64,000 nt of DNA from Ignavibacteriota bacterium. GTDB lineage: Bacteria > Bacteroidota > Ignavibacteria > Kapaibacteriales > UBA2268. The stretch spans positions 6,083-70,082 of the forward strand of contig JACRLY010000021.1 of assembly GCA_016219595.1 (NCBI GenBank), read 5' to 3'. Below the pieces are notes generated by a model. It was given only the letters and a program-made list of their open reading frames with translations. It made no database searches and had not been told where the DNA came from. Position 1 is the first letter of the stretch. Every line of letters begins with the position of its first letter. This document shows, piece by piece, positions 8,601 through 18,551 of the stretch. Made by a program: the position numbers and the translations under genes.

Positions 8601-10727
8601 TCACCTCACTATTGCAACCGGGGTTATTACCCTTCCATCGTTAATCCAGGTTACAATATAATATGAACCTGACGGGTAAGCTGATGCGTCAAATTCACAA
8701 GAATATTCTCCGGGTGCAAGTGTACCTTTCATTATTGTTGCCACTTTCCTCCCGTTCAAATCTACAAGGAACATTTCAGCAAACATTGATTTATCACCGC
8801 CAAGATTATACTGTATGTTTGTCTTGTTGTTTACAGGATTCGGAGAAGCCTGTACGTTCATGACACCACCAGCAGTATTATCATCAACACCCGACGGGGT
8901 TTCAAGCCAGTTCAATGAATTGCCAATCAAATTATTTCTTGCGGTTTCATCTTTAATTATTTCAGGTAGAATCGGCATGTAAACCACCCTCTTGCCCTGG
9001 AATGAATACCGTATTGCCACAATCGAATCTATATTATCTTTATGATACAGAATCGGGAATGCCTTTGTCATATTCGATATCATAAGGCAGGGAGTTTTGT
9101 ATTTGTTGATTTTGCAGGTCTGCTCAAAATTATTTGTGATTGGGTCATTTTGTGTACCTGCAAGTACAAAATCTTCACCGCTTGCTCCAATTTCAATATC
9201 CTTGAAATAATCGACTGCTATACCTTTCAATCCGTTAAAGAATTCAATATTAGCACCTCCTGTACTTCTTGCAATGTTAGCTCCGGTCAGCAAAATACGT
9301 TTTCCGGAATCCAGCATTTCTTTCAGAAGAGGCAATTCCACATCTGATAAACTACCTTCCAATCCGCAGTTCCAGACTATGGTTTTAATATTTTTAAACA
9401 ATTCCTTATTATCGATGAATTCATTTGAAGACATAATCACAAAATCATTTCTGCCTGACTGGATGATTGCGGAATTCAATCCGTACTTGGTTTCCCCTCC
9501 GTCATCCATTACTTCGAAACGCTGAATCTCGGTAGAAATAATAGTAATTGTTCTTTTCCCGATAATTGCCTCGGGGTCATCTTTGACGCCAATTGTAACA
9601 GTGGCATCGCCAAAACCGAGTGTCTGACCGTGAGTAAGTTTCAAAATAAAATCCGAACTCTGCTGAGGAGCAAGAGTTATTTCCTGGGATGCGGAATTAA
9701 TTTTTGTCTTTCCCGATACCTGACTCGGTAACTCAACATCGGCAGTCCAGTCAGCAGGTGTTCTTGCGGATTTTTCAGCATTCAAAGTATAAGTTACATC
9801 GCCATCGCTGATATTTTTCAATGTAAAGGTTTTATCGAATGATTCGCCTTTGCCTGCAATTTTATTTGTTTCCTGCTGTTCAGAAGTAACCGTGAATTTC
9901 GGCATCTTTGGTTCGCCGACATAACCCCAGGCAGCATTCAATGTTTTTTTATTCGATGTGTACATCTGAACCAAGCCGAGGATTTTAATATTATTAATTT
10001 TCCATGCAGGGTCAAGTGCTAATGAAAAATTATGACTGTATGAAACGCCGGCTTCTGCCGGTATCGCAAATTCACCCTTAACACCATAGGCTCCGCCGAG
10101 CATCTTGCGGACAACTTTCATGTGCTGGTAACCTTCAATAACGTCAGGAAGATTATAATATGGATTGTCTTCATACCCGGCTCTACCCGACAGGTAATTG
10201 TGCTGGTCCCATCCATCTCCGGTTCCTGAACAACTGTCTTCAACTATATAGCAATTAAAATGAAGTTCTTCATTCACAGACTCGAGCATGGTTGCAGTCA
10301 ATGTTGCATATAATTCCCTTGTCTGTTCATTAATTGTATAAACAATATTGACATCAACCTCGGGTTCTTGTGCCAAAGCAGTTTCGACTTTGCTCATCCA
10401 TGTATCACGTTCTACAATTAGTACTCCACCTGTACCAGTCCAGTCAAACCTGTCTATTGAACCCTGAGGATAGCTATGTGAATTAAAATCCGTAGCTAAT
10501 GTATCCTCTTCAGGTATAACCATCCCATCGCCATTATGGATTTTCACCCCGATAAAATTATCGGGATATTTTTCATGTATCTGCTCCACGACATAAGAGC
10601 CGTCAACACACCATCCGCACCATGCGCCTGTGTGCTGTTCGAGAACCACCCTTTTCACTGCCTGGCTGTTTGCCGTTGTGAAAAGAAGTGACAAAGCCGC
10701 TATAAAGTATGTAAACTTTCTAAGCAT
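8601..10727 (-). CDS. Omp28-related surface protein with CGWC motif and T9SS C-terminal sorting domain
   Basis: Signal peptide, then VVLEQHTGAWCGWCVDGSY. C-terminal ASPNPVNN...GSYYIVTWINDGRVITPVAIVR is Por_Secre_tail-like. Start set to the ATG of MLRKF (cat at 10725-10727), which follows SD GGAGGTG; the track TTG start lies inside that SD. Confidence 0.7.
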   Translation of the reverse strand: MLRKFTYFIAALSLLFTTANSQAVKRVVLEQHTGAWCGWCVDGSYVVEQIHEKYPDNFIGVKIHNGDGMVIPEEDTLATDFNSHSYPQGSIDRFDWTGTGGVLIVERDTWMSKVETALAQEPEVDVNIVYTINEQTRELYATLTATMLESVNEELHFNCYIVEDSCSGTGDGWDQHNYLSGRAGYEDNPYYNLPDVIEGYQHMKVVRKMLGGAYGVKGEFAIPAEAGVSYSHNFSLALDPAWKINNIKILGLVQMYTSNKKTLNAAWGYVGEPKMPKFTVTSEQQETNKIAGKGESFDKTFTLKNISDGDVTYTLNAEKSARTPADWTADVELPSQVSGKTKINSASQEITLAPQQSSDFILKLTHGQTLGFGDATVTIGVKDDPEAIIGKRTITIISTEIQRFEVMDDGGETKYGLNSAIIQSGRNDFVIMSSNEFIDNKELFKNIKTIVWNCGLEGSLSDVELPLLKEMLDSGKRILLTGANIARSTGGANIEFFNGLKGIAVDYFKDIEIGASGEDFVLAGTQNDPITNNFEQTCKINKYKTPCLMISNMTKAFPILYHKDNIDSIVAIRYSFQGKRVVYMPILPEIIKDETARNNLIGNSLNWLETPSGVDDNTAGGVMNVQASPNPVNNKTNIQYNLGGDKSMFAEMFLVDLNGRKVATIMKGTLAPGEYSCEFDASAYPSGSYYIVTWINDGRVITPVAIVR

Positions 10728-10760
10728 AGACACCTCCAAAAATTTATATGTAAAGAACTT

Positions 10761-12950
10761 TTATCTTGTAATTAACACCGGTATCGAAAATACCTTTCCA
10801 CCTATATAGGATGCAAGACGGTATGACCCGCTTGACAATTCTTCAGAGCCTAATGGAATTATATGCTCACCGGGGAAAACATTTTCGTTATTTATCACTT
10901 TTAATTCGTTACCAAGATTATCATATAAAATAAATTTCAATTTCTCAGGACGATTACCCTTCAGATTATACGAAATCATCGAAGATGATTCGACGGGATT
11001 GGGTGAAACATCGAATGAAAATTCCATATTCTCCGATTTGTATTCCTCATCTACGTCAAGCATGCCAAGCACCCATTTGATTGAATTATCAACTAATTTG
11101 TTCCGTTTATTTGCATCTTTAATGACAAATGGAGTAATTGATGACAGGAAAACAAGATTGCCATTATTTACTATTCTGACACCGAAAATTGCCTCTTCAC
11201 CGGGAATATCAAGAGTGTCATTCTTAGTACCGTTCCATTTGACAAATTTTCCAGTATTTGAAAAATGGAGAACCGGATGAGTTGTTGACCAATTTGTAAT
11301 CTTCATCAATGTAATCAAATATTGAATAAGATTACCCTCTGTACTTGAACCAAAATCACCACTAATAGGGTCATTCGCAACACCTGAAAGCCATACACGC
11401 CAGGGTTCTTTTCCATATCCCTGGAGTGAGAACCCGTTGTATTCAACTCCAAAATATCCGAGTGAATTATCATTACCTAAACCGGAAACTATTTGGTTTC
11501 CATATAATACCATTGGAATATTAGCATTTAATGCTTCAAACATAGTTGATATATCACTTTGAGATGGAGAACTGAAAACACCCGTATTCCATACTATAAT
11601 TTTTTTATTTGGAAATCCACTAATAAATTCTTCAAATTCCACAGGACTAATTTCAAAGAAATCATTATAACCAAGGGTTTTTAAAATGCCATTCATTGAG
11701 TATTGAGCTTCAGTTGGACTAATAACCTCAAAACTTTCAAGTTCTTCAGAAGCGGCTTTTATACATCTCAAGGTTTTAACAGATGCCGGTTCATTTTTTA
11801 TTTCCAAATTCATTGTTGCATCACCAATACCTCTTGTAGGTCCTGGCGTCAATTGTAATTCAAAATTAGCCGTTTGTTGAGCTTCAACTGTAATTTCAAT
11901 AGATGCGGCGGTACTTTTCACTTTACCTTCAAAAGAAGTGGGAGGAACCAAATTAACATTCCAGTCGGCTGGAGTTCTTTGTGATTTACTCGCAGTGACA
12001 ATATAGGTAACTGATGCATCAGTTTCATTTTTCAAAGTATAGTTTTTAGTAAAAGGTGTTCCCTGATTAACTACTTTTTTATAAACCGGAGATTCTGATG
12101 TCAATTCATAACTTGGTATGGAGATAGTGACGTCTTTTGTACCTTTCGCTGCATTAAGAACTTCTTTATTATTTGTTGCATTAACCTGGATAAGTCCGAT
12201 TGCATGAATATCTTTTATTTTCCATCCGGCGTCCAGAGTATAAGTAAAATTATGAGTATATGTTTTACCTTCCAATGCGGGAGTTGCAAATTCCCCTTTT
12301 ATTCCCCATGCGCCGCCAAGCATTACCCTCACCACTTTCATGTGTTGATAACCGACAATTGGGTTAGGCAGATTGTAATATGGATTGTTTTCAAAACCTG
12401 CAAGATGAGATAGATAATTAGCCTGGTTCCAGCCTGTACCTGTTCCGGAGCAGCTATCTTCCAAAACGAAAACATTAAATCGTAGCTCATCGCTCATTGT
12501 TTCTAGCATAGTTGCTCTAATAGTTGCGGTTAATTCTCGTGTTGATTCATTAATACTATATACCATTTCAATATCAACTTTTGGAAGCTCTGCTATTGAT
12601 GTTTCACATAATGTTTTCCAATCACCACGGTTCTGCTTATAAACACCTCCGAATATTTTCCTGTCTATTGTTCCTGAAGGCCATGAAGCAATGCTAAGGG
12701 CTCCTTCGATTATATCAGTTTCGGGTATAACCATTGCATCACCATTGTGCAGCTTACATCCAATAATTTGGTTAGGATATTGTTCAAGAAGTTGATCCAT
12801 AACATATGAACCATCTACGCACCAGCCACACCATGCTCCTGTGTGCTGTTCGAGCAATACTCTTTTAACAGGCTGCGAATTGGATACTAATACCGATGTT
12901 ATTGTTATAACAAGCGAGATAAAAATTAATCTTGTAAATCTTGAATGCAT
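10761..12950 (-). CDS. Omp28-related surface protein with CGWC motif and T9SS CTD (paralog of 8601-10727)
   Basis: RVLLEQHTGAWCGWCVDGSY. Colinear similarity to the neighbour through the first 350 aa or so. C-terminal VSPNPVESSS...GSYRLASYIGGKVFSIPVLITR. SD GGAG. Confidence 0.7.
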   Translation of the reverse strand: MHSRFTRLIFISLVITITSVLVSNSQPVKRVLLEQHTGAWCGWCVDGSYVMDQLLEQYPNQIIGCKLHNGDAMVIPETDIIEGALSIASWPSGTIDRKIFGGVYKQNRGDWKTLCETSIAELPKVDIEMVYSINESTRELTATIRATMLETMSDELRFNVFVLEDSCSGTGTGWNQANYLSHLAGFENNPYYNLPNPIVGYQHMKVVRVMLGGAWGIKGEFATPALEGKTYTHNFTYTLDAGWKIKDIHAIGLIQVNATNNKEVLNAAKGTKDVTISIPSYELTSESPVYKKVVNQGTPFTKNYTLKNETDASVTYIVTASKSQRTPADWNVNLVPPTSFEGKVKSTAASIEITVEAQQTANFELQLTPGPTRGIGDATMNLEIKNEPASVKTLRCIKAASEELESFEVISPTEAQYSMNGILKTLGYNDFFEISPVEFEEFISGFPNKKIIVWNTGVFSSPSQSDISTMFEALNANIPMVLYGNQIVSGLGNDNSLGYFGVEYNGFSLQGYGKEPWRVWLSGVANDPISGDFGSSTEGNLIQYLITLMKITNWSTTHPVLHFSNTGKFVKWNGTKNDTLDIPGEEAIFGVRIVNNGNLVFLSSITPFVIKDANKRNKLVDNSIKWVLGMLDVDEEYKSENMEFSFDVSPNPVESSSMISYNLKGNRPEKLKFILYDNLGNELKVINNENVFPGEHIIPLGSEELSSGSYRLASYIGGKVFSIPVLITR

Positions 12951-13074
12951 ATAATCTCCATAAAAAATTGTTAAACTTTTATTTATATTTAAATAATTGC
13001 ATTCACTACTAATAAATTCAAACTTCCAATTTCCTTAATTTATTTGTAAAAGTCAAACATTATTTATATTTTAT

Positions 13075-13100
13075 ATAAAAAAAGGGGTATTACTACCCCT
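13075..13100 (-). terminator. Rho-independent terminator after 13157-15088
   Basis: AGGGGTA (13083-13089) pairs with TACCCCT (13094-13100) around a 4-nt loop. A T run follows on the minus strand. Confidence 0.65.
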
Positions 13101-13156
13101 TTTATGATTTTTATATAAAATTTCCTCCACTCATTCTATTGAGTGAAATTTTATTT

Positions 13157-15088
13157 CTAATGCTTCACGAATTTCAAAATCTCATTATTGATTTTTATAT
13201 AATAATTTCCTGAATTAAGTGAACTTATATCAATTTTATTATTTGCATTTATTCCTTTTGATGTAATCATTCCGATTACAGAATAAATCGAATAATTTTT
13301 CCCGATGAAATTCGGATTTCCAAGATGCAATTCGTTTTCAGCAGGATTCGGGTACAATGACAATTCAGTAGTGTTTGTTTCCTCTCCTACTTCGGTTATG
13401 CTCGGACCAAGTGTAACTTCATCGATATACAGTGCATTGCCGCTTGTTCCCGGTATTCCGGCAATTTTAATAATCACACTCTTGGTTTTATATGCATCAA
13501 GGCTTAATTGAACGGGCTTATATTCATTGGAAGCCGGAATATACATATACTGTGGATTCGAAGGTTGTCCTGTCTCTACAGCATTCATTGAAAATATTTC
13601 ATTCCATGTCAGTCCGCAATCTTCAGATACCTGTACCTTGATTTGTGGTGCTGTTCCTCCATTGGAACCGTCTGAATATGCATAATAAAAACACAGGTAA
13701 TCTTGTGTAAGTTTAGACAAATCCGCTTCTCCGAATATTATGTTACCCGGTTTTCCCGAGACACCCCAGGAACTGTGTAATGCATATCTGATTGCACCTA
13801 ATGAACCGTTAGCTCCGCATCTTGGATTTGTTACCATCAGGAAGTTTGTATTTTCAGCCTGGTCGAATGCTAAGTTATTTGGCATCTGTCCGTCAAATTC
13901 TCCATTGAAAAGTGAAAAGGCTTTTGATTTGAAACCGAAACCACTGTGTGATTCGGCATCGTTAGTAAAATCCATATCAAATACTTGATTTCCATTTATA
14001 TTTTTGAATCCCTGGAATGTTAAATTATAAGAACCCGAGGGGGTATATTGCAAATCTCCCCAATCTATTATAGTTTTTTCATACGGTGCAAGATTGCCGG
14101 TAAAACTTTTAACATTTTCAACTCCGTCAAGAATTAAAGAAACATCAAACTCAGTAATATCTTTTCCTGAATTGTTAGTTACTTCAATTTTTGGGTCAAT
14201 TGTAATAAAACAGAAATCGGTGGGATATACTGTCATATTTTTCAAACCAAGGTCAACCTTCAGGTTCGGGTCAAAATCAACTGCTGTTCCGCTGCCGGAA
14301 TAAATATTGCTTTGATTTTCCGAAACAAAAGCAACCACATGTAAATTATAAAGTACAACATCAAGGCTATTAATGTTATCAGGTAAGGTTGTTACATATT
14401 TCCTGTATTCATAATGGTCTTTGGTAGTTGTATCGATAGCCTCACCAAATGAACCACCCGAGCTAATAGCCATTCTCAGAACATGATTATGCCTGTACTT
14501 TCCGTCTTTTGTCCAGTTTGTTGGATTATAATTCCCATAATCCGACTGTGGACCTAAAATATTATCCTGTGTAAGGAATACAGAAAGATAATTTTTTTGA
14601 CTCGAGCTGTTACCTGTATAGTAGATTTCCACTTCGGTTGTCAGTGTACGGTTAGAAAAATCAACATTTGCTTTGACTGCTACATTAACCGGTGAATTTT
14701 GACCCATTATTTGGTATGCTGCCGAAGCCCAGCTTCCTCTGTCCATAGCCCATGGTGATGTACTGCGATTGACCGAACCAGCAGGATAGCCGCTCAATCC
14801 GGATGCACCATCGATAGGTGTACCAACTGTTGTTCTCAAATCCGGTTCTCCGGCACCTGGTGTCGCATAACCTCCGGCATGGATATTAACAAGGAAAACT
14901 CTGCCGGGATTAGCTGCTACCAATTCATTAGCCCTTTTGTGTCCGTCCGGGCAGTACCCGCAATGAATTCCTGTAAATTCCTCTAAAATCACATTTCTTT
15001 TTTCTACCTGTGTGCTAACCCACTGCTGTGAATTCGCATTGTAAAATATAAATGCGATTAGTATTATGATTGTAATTTTGTATCGCAT
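13157..15088 (-). CDS. Omp28-related surface protein with CGYC motif and T9SS CTD
   Basis: VILEEFTGIHCGYCPDGH after the signal peptide. C-terminal LYPNPAENELHL...GNYYIKINNEILKFVKH. SD AAGGAG. Confidence 0.7.
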   Translation of the reverse strand: MRYKITIIILIAFIFYNANSQQWVSTQVEKRNVILEEFTGIHCGYCPDGHKRANELVAANPGRVFLVNIHAGGYATPGAGEPDLRTTVGTPIDGASGLSGYPAGSVNRSTSPWAMDRGSWASAAYQIMGQNSPVNVAVKANVDFSNRTLTTEVEIYYTGNSSSQKNYLSVFLTQDNILGPQSDYGNYNPTNWTKDGKYRHNHVLRMAISSGGSFGEAIDTTTKDHYEYRKYVTTLPDNINSLDVVLYNLHVVAFVSENQSNIYSGSGTAVDFDPNLKVDLGLKNMTVYPTDFCFITIDPKIEVTNNSGKDITEFDVSLILDGVENVKSFTGNLAPYEKTIIDWGDLQYTPSGSYNLTFQGFKNINGNQVFDMDFTNDAESHSGFGFKSKAFSLFNGEFDGQMPNNLAFDQAENTNFLMVTNPRCGANGSLGAIRYALHSSWGVSGKPGNIIFGEADLSKLTQDYLCFYYAYSDGSNGGTAPQIKVQVSEDCGLTWNEIFSMNAVETGQPSNPQYMYIPASNEYKPVQLSLDAYKTKSVIIKIAGIPGTSGNALYIDEVTLGPSITEVGEETNTTELSLYPNPAENELHLGNPNFIGKNYSIYSVIGMITSKGINANNKIDISSLNSGNYYIKINNEILKFVKH

Positions 15089-15470
15089 AAAAAATCTCCT
15101 TTTAATAATTCTTTATATATATTTTAATACTAATAATCAACCTTTTATTCTAAAATATTATATCTAATATCAATAATTTCTATTTAAAAATCAAGTACTA
15201 TTTTATATTTGATTAAATTTTATTAATCTTAATGTTAATTAATTTATTATTAAAATTACTACTTATCAATATATTTAATATGGAGGATTTTTTTATATTT
15301 TTTTGATAATTTACAGGGAAATTATTGAAATTGGTTTTTTCTTAGATTTTCAACACTTTGATTGAATTAATATGATTTTTTCTAATTCGCTGAGAAATTA
15401 ATCAGTATAATAATCTAATTTGCTTTTTCTATCAGAAAATTCTAATAATAATGATAATCCATTTCACTTG

Positions 15471-15499
15471 TTTTAACCCCAATTCTTCAGTAATTTTAT
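15471..15499 (+). repeat. 29-bp direct repeat, copy 1 (upstream of MNT gene)
   Basis: TTTTAACCCCAATTCTTCAGTAATTTTAT matches 16329-16357 at 27/29 positions. It ends 37 nt before the ATG at 15537. Confidence 0.85.
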
Positions 15500-15536
15500 G
15501 GTAGCTTTATTGTAGTACTTAAAATTAATTATAGTA

Positions 15537-15812
15537 ATGGCTGTATCTCAAAGTAATATTCAAATTGCAATCAGTTTAGCATGTGATTATGGAGCAAGAA
15601 AGCTTGTTCTGTTTGGTAGTGCATTATACGAACCTGAAAAAGCGAATGACCTTGACCTGGCAGTATCGGGCATTGAAGGATTCCGAATATTTAGCTTTGG
15701 AAACCGACTTGAAGAAATATTGAAAATTCATGTTGACGTAATTCCACTAGACACAGATTCAAGATTCATTAAACACATTCTTAAATATGGGAAAGTGATT
15801 TATGAGTCCTGA
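15537..15812 (+). CDS. Nucleotidyltransferase-domain protein (MNT-type antitoxin)
   Basis: LVLFGSALYEPEKANDLDLAV is the GS...DxD minimal nucleotidyltransferase motif. 91 aa. Overlaps the downstream HEPN ORF by 11 nt. Confidence 0.8.
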   Translation: MAVSQSNIQIAISLACDYGARKLVLFGSALYEPEKANDLDLAVSGIEGFRIFSFGNRLEEILKIHVDVIPLDTDSRFIKHILKYGKVIYES

Positions 15813-16260
15813 TATACTGAAAGAAGAAATTGACATTGAAATTCAGGAGCTGGAATTAATAGTTGGTAAATTAACTGAAATTTACAAAAAATTTAAAAAC
15901 AATGAACCCGATATCATCATTAAGACTGCAGCGGCCTCTTTTACTGCCCAATTCTATAGCGGAATTGAGAACATTTTAAAGAGAATTTCAAAATATAATA
16001 ATATTCAAATTCCAAAAGGGGAGGACTGACATATTGAACTCTTTAACAGATTTTGTTCTCCCCCATTTTCATCTCTTCCTGTAATTTTTGATAATTATTT
16101 AAAGGAAGAGTTATCCAATTATAGAAGATTCAGACATTTTGTCTTTCACGGTTATTCTAACAGAATCACTTGGAATATTCTATGTGATGGCATAAAAGAA
16201 GTAAATAATGTTTTTCAAAATTTTAAATTTAGCTTAAATAATATTTTAAATCATTTATAA
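15802..16260 (+). pseudogene. HEPN/HepT-like toxin gene with one in-frame TGA (16027-16029)
   Basis: The frame stays open after the TGA as HIELFNRF...NYRRFRHFVFHGY...NHL*, which contains an R-x4-H HEPN-type motif. The combined length of about 152 codons is typical for the MNT partner. Confidence 0.65.
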
Positions 16261-16328
16261 GATATCGAAAGTAGATATCACATAACAAATCTTATTTTTC
16301 AATTCTAATTTTGATATATGTGTTTTTT

Positions 16329-16357
16329 TTAACCCGAATTCTTCATTAATTTTATCT
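16329..16357 (+). repeat. 29-bp direct repeat, copy 2 (upstream of nuoD)
   Basis: TTTTAACCCGAATTCTTCATTAATTTTAT ends 36 nt before the ATG at 16394. Confidence 0.85.
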
Positions 16358-16393
16358 TTCGTATAATTTGCAATTGAATCGGAGCTTTTTTAA

Positions 16394-17674
16394 ATGGCGT
16401 ATAATGTTAGAACACAAGCTGAAGTTGATGAAATAACTAAGAAAAGACACGAGAAAATAATCAGGGAATTACTCGATAAAGATACATCTGCTTATTTCGA
16501 TGACCCATTAGAAAATGATATGATTCTCAATATGGGTCCACAGCACCCGGCTACTCACGGTGTTTTGAGATGTCTTCTGCGGCTCGACGGCGAATCAATA
16601 CTCAAATGTATACCCGAATTGGGTTACCTGCACAGAGGCTATTAAAAACTTGCGGAAAATGTAACTTATCACGAGTTTATTCCACATACAGACAGATTGG
16701 ACTACCTTTCGCCATTGTCAAACAATGTTGCAATTGCATTGGCAATTGATAATGCAATTGGTATAGAAGCACCGACGAGAGCACAGTGGATAAGAACCCT
16801 GGTTGCAGAGCTTGCCCGTTTGTCGTCTCACCTGATGGCTATGGGTTCCACATGCCTGGACGTTGGTGCAGTTACAATGCTTCTCTGGACATTCACTGAA
16901 AGGGAAAAACTTTATGATATATTCGAGTTAATCTGCGGAGCACGCTTTACCACAAGCTTCACACGCATTGGAGGTGTGGCAAACGATATTGATGATATAA
17001 CATTGGAAAAAATTAAAAAATGGGCAATACAATTCACTCCCGAATTAAAAAGATTCGAAAAACTCGTTGACAGAAACAGGATTTTCCTAAACAGGATATC
17101 CGGCATTGGCATTATGCCTCCTGAAAAAGCAATCCAGCTTGGCTTAACCGGACCTACATTGAGAGGTTCAGGAATACCGAGGGATTTACGCCGTGATATG
17201 CCTTATCTCGTCTATGACCAACTTGATTTCAATGTCATCACATATAATGATTGCGATGTACGTTCGCGTTACAAAGTCCGCGTTGACGAAATGTATGAAA
17301 GTGTTAATATGGTTCTTCAAATATTAGACAAAATGCCAAAAGGCGAAGTCAGGTTGAACGAGCCAAGTAAAGTACTTCCAAAAAAAGGGGAAATTTACAC
17401 AAAAATGGAAGAGCTGATTAACGATTTCATGCTCATAAATTTTGGAGCATTGCCCCCAGTTGGCGAAACTTACACAGCAATAGAAGCTCCAAAAGGAGAG
17501 CTTGGTTTCTTCATCGTATCAGATGGAACAGGTCACCCATGGAAGCTGAAAATCCGTTCTCCTTCGGCATCCAATCTCCAAGGGCTGCCCTATATGGCAG
17601 AGGGTTCTATGATTGCCGATATAGTCGCCATCATCGGCTCCATTGACCCTGTGATGGGCGAAGCGGATAAATAG
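16394..17674 (+). pseudogene. nuoD: NADH-quinone oxidoreductase subunit D (NuoD/Nqo4-like), interrupted by an in-frame TAA at 16643-16645
   Basis: The two track ORFs (16394-16645 and 16697-17674) are in the same frame. Read-through gives [12 protein letters not shown]...[30 protein letters not shown]...SIDPVMGEADK, which is NuoD-like throughout. No other nuo genes are adjacent. Confidence 0.8.
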
Positions 17675-17688
17675 ATATTTATTAAATT

Positions 17689-18279
17689 ATGCTTTACCGC
17701 ACAGAACAACGTATCAAACGATTAAAAGATGTTCTATCAAAACGTCAGACTACTCTAACTGTCGTTCTGGAAAACATCAATGACCCTCATAATCTCTCAG
17801 CCGCACTCCGTTCATGCGATGCAGTGGGCATTTATGAAGTATGCCTTGTGTATTATGGAGGACAATCATTTCCTAAACTCGGTGCAAAAAGCTCTGCCAG
17901 TGCCAGGAAATGGATTCACATCAGGAAATACAAATCAATAGAAGAATGTTTTAATGAATTAAGAAAAGAAAAAAAGAAAATTTACACAACACACATGTCC
18001 AAAGAATCAGTCTCACTCTACGAACTTGAACTGACAAAACCCACAGCCCTTGTCTTTGGCAATGAACATTCAGGTGTTTCGGAAGAAGCTGTCAATCTCG
18101 CAGATGGAAATTTCCTCATTCCTCAAGTTGGGATGATACAAAGCCTGAACATATCAGTGGCAGTAGCTGTCAGCGTTTATGAAGTCTTCCGCCAGAGGTA
18201 CGAAGCAGGGTTGTATGACAAACCACAATTCAAAAAAACAGAGTTGAATAAAATGCTTGAGGAGTGGGGAAAGAAGTGA
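17689..18279 (+). CDS. trmH: SpoU/TrmH-family tRNA 2'-O-ribose methyltransferase
   Basis: RQTTLTVVLENINDPHNLSAALRSCDAVGI, LVFGNEHSGVSEEA and IPQVGMIQSLNISVAVAVSVYE are the three SPOUT motifs in TrmH order. Confidence 0.8.
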   Translation: MLYRTEQRIKRLKDVLSKRQTTLTVVLENINDPHNLSAALRSCDAVGIYEVCLVYYGGQSFPKLGAKSSASARKWIHIRKYKSIEECFNELRKEKKKIYTTHMSKESVSLYELELTKPTALVFGNEHSGVSEEAVNLADGNFLIPQVGMIQSLNISVAVAVSVYEVFRQRYEAGLYDKPQFKKTELNKMLEEWGKK

Positions 18280-18297
18280 AGGTTTACTTATCCTATT

Positions 18298-18483
18298 TTA
18301 TCTGATTTTTTTATATTCCTTTAACACTTTTTCTAAAGGGATTGCATTAGAAATTGGTGTCTTCTCTCTTCTTTTGATGATATTATAAATCTCTCTGTGT
18401 TCTTCAAGTTCTAACTTCTCCTTTAAACTTTCATACTCCTTATCTTGTATGAGTACAGAATCCGATTTACTATTTGCAACCAT
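18298..18483 (-). CDS. Small hypothetical protein (61 aa), charged and helical
   Basis: ORF only. Weak resemblance to Phd/YefM-type antitoxin tails (EYESLKEKLELEE). No partner toxin. Confidence 0.3.
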   Translation of the reverse strand: MVANSKSDSVLIQDKEYESLKEKLELEEHREIYNIIKRREKTPISNAIPLEKVLKEYKKIR

Positions 18484-18551
18484 ATTAATCCTGATAAAAT
18501 ATTCTTTATAATATAATACGTATAATTATATGTAATATTATTCAATTATTT

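Noticed and set aside
16027-16645. Alternative genetic code or programmed recoding as the explanation for the in-frame TGA and TAA
   Set aside because: TGA and TAA terminate many well-supported genes in this window, including the adjacent MNT gene (TGA). The two stops are different codons replacing different residues. Point mutation or sequencing error is simpler.
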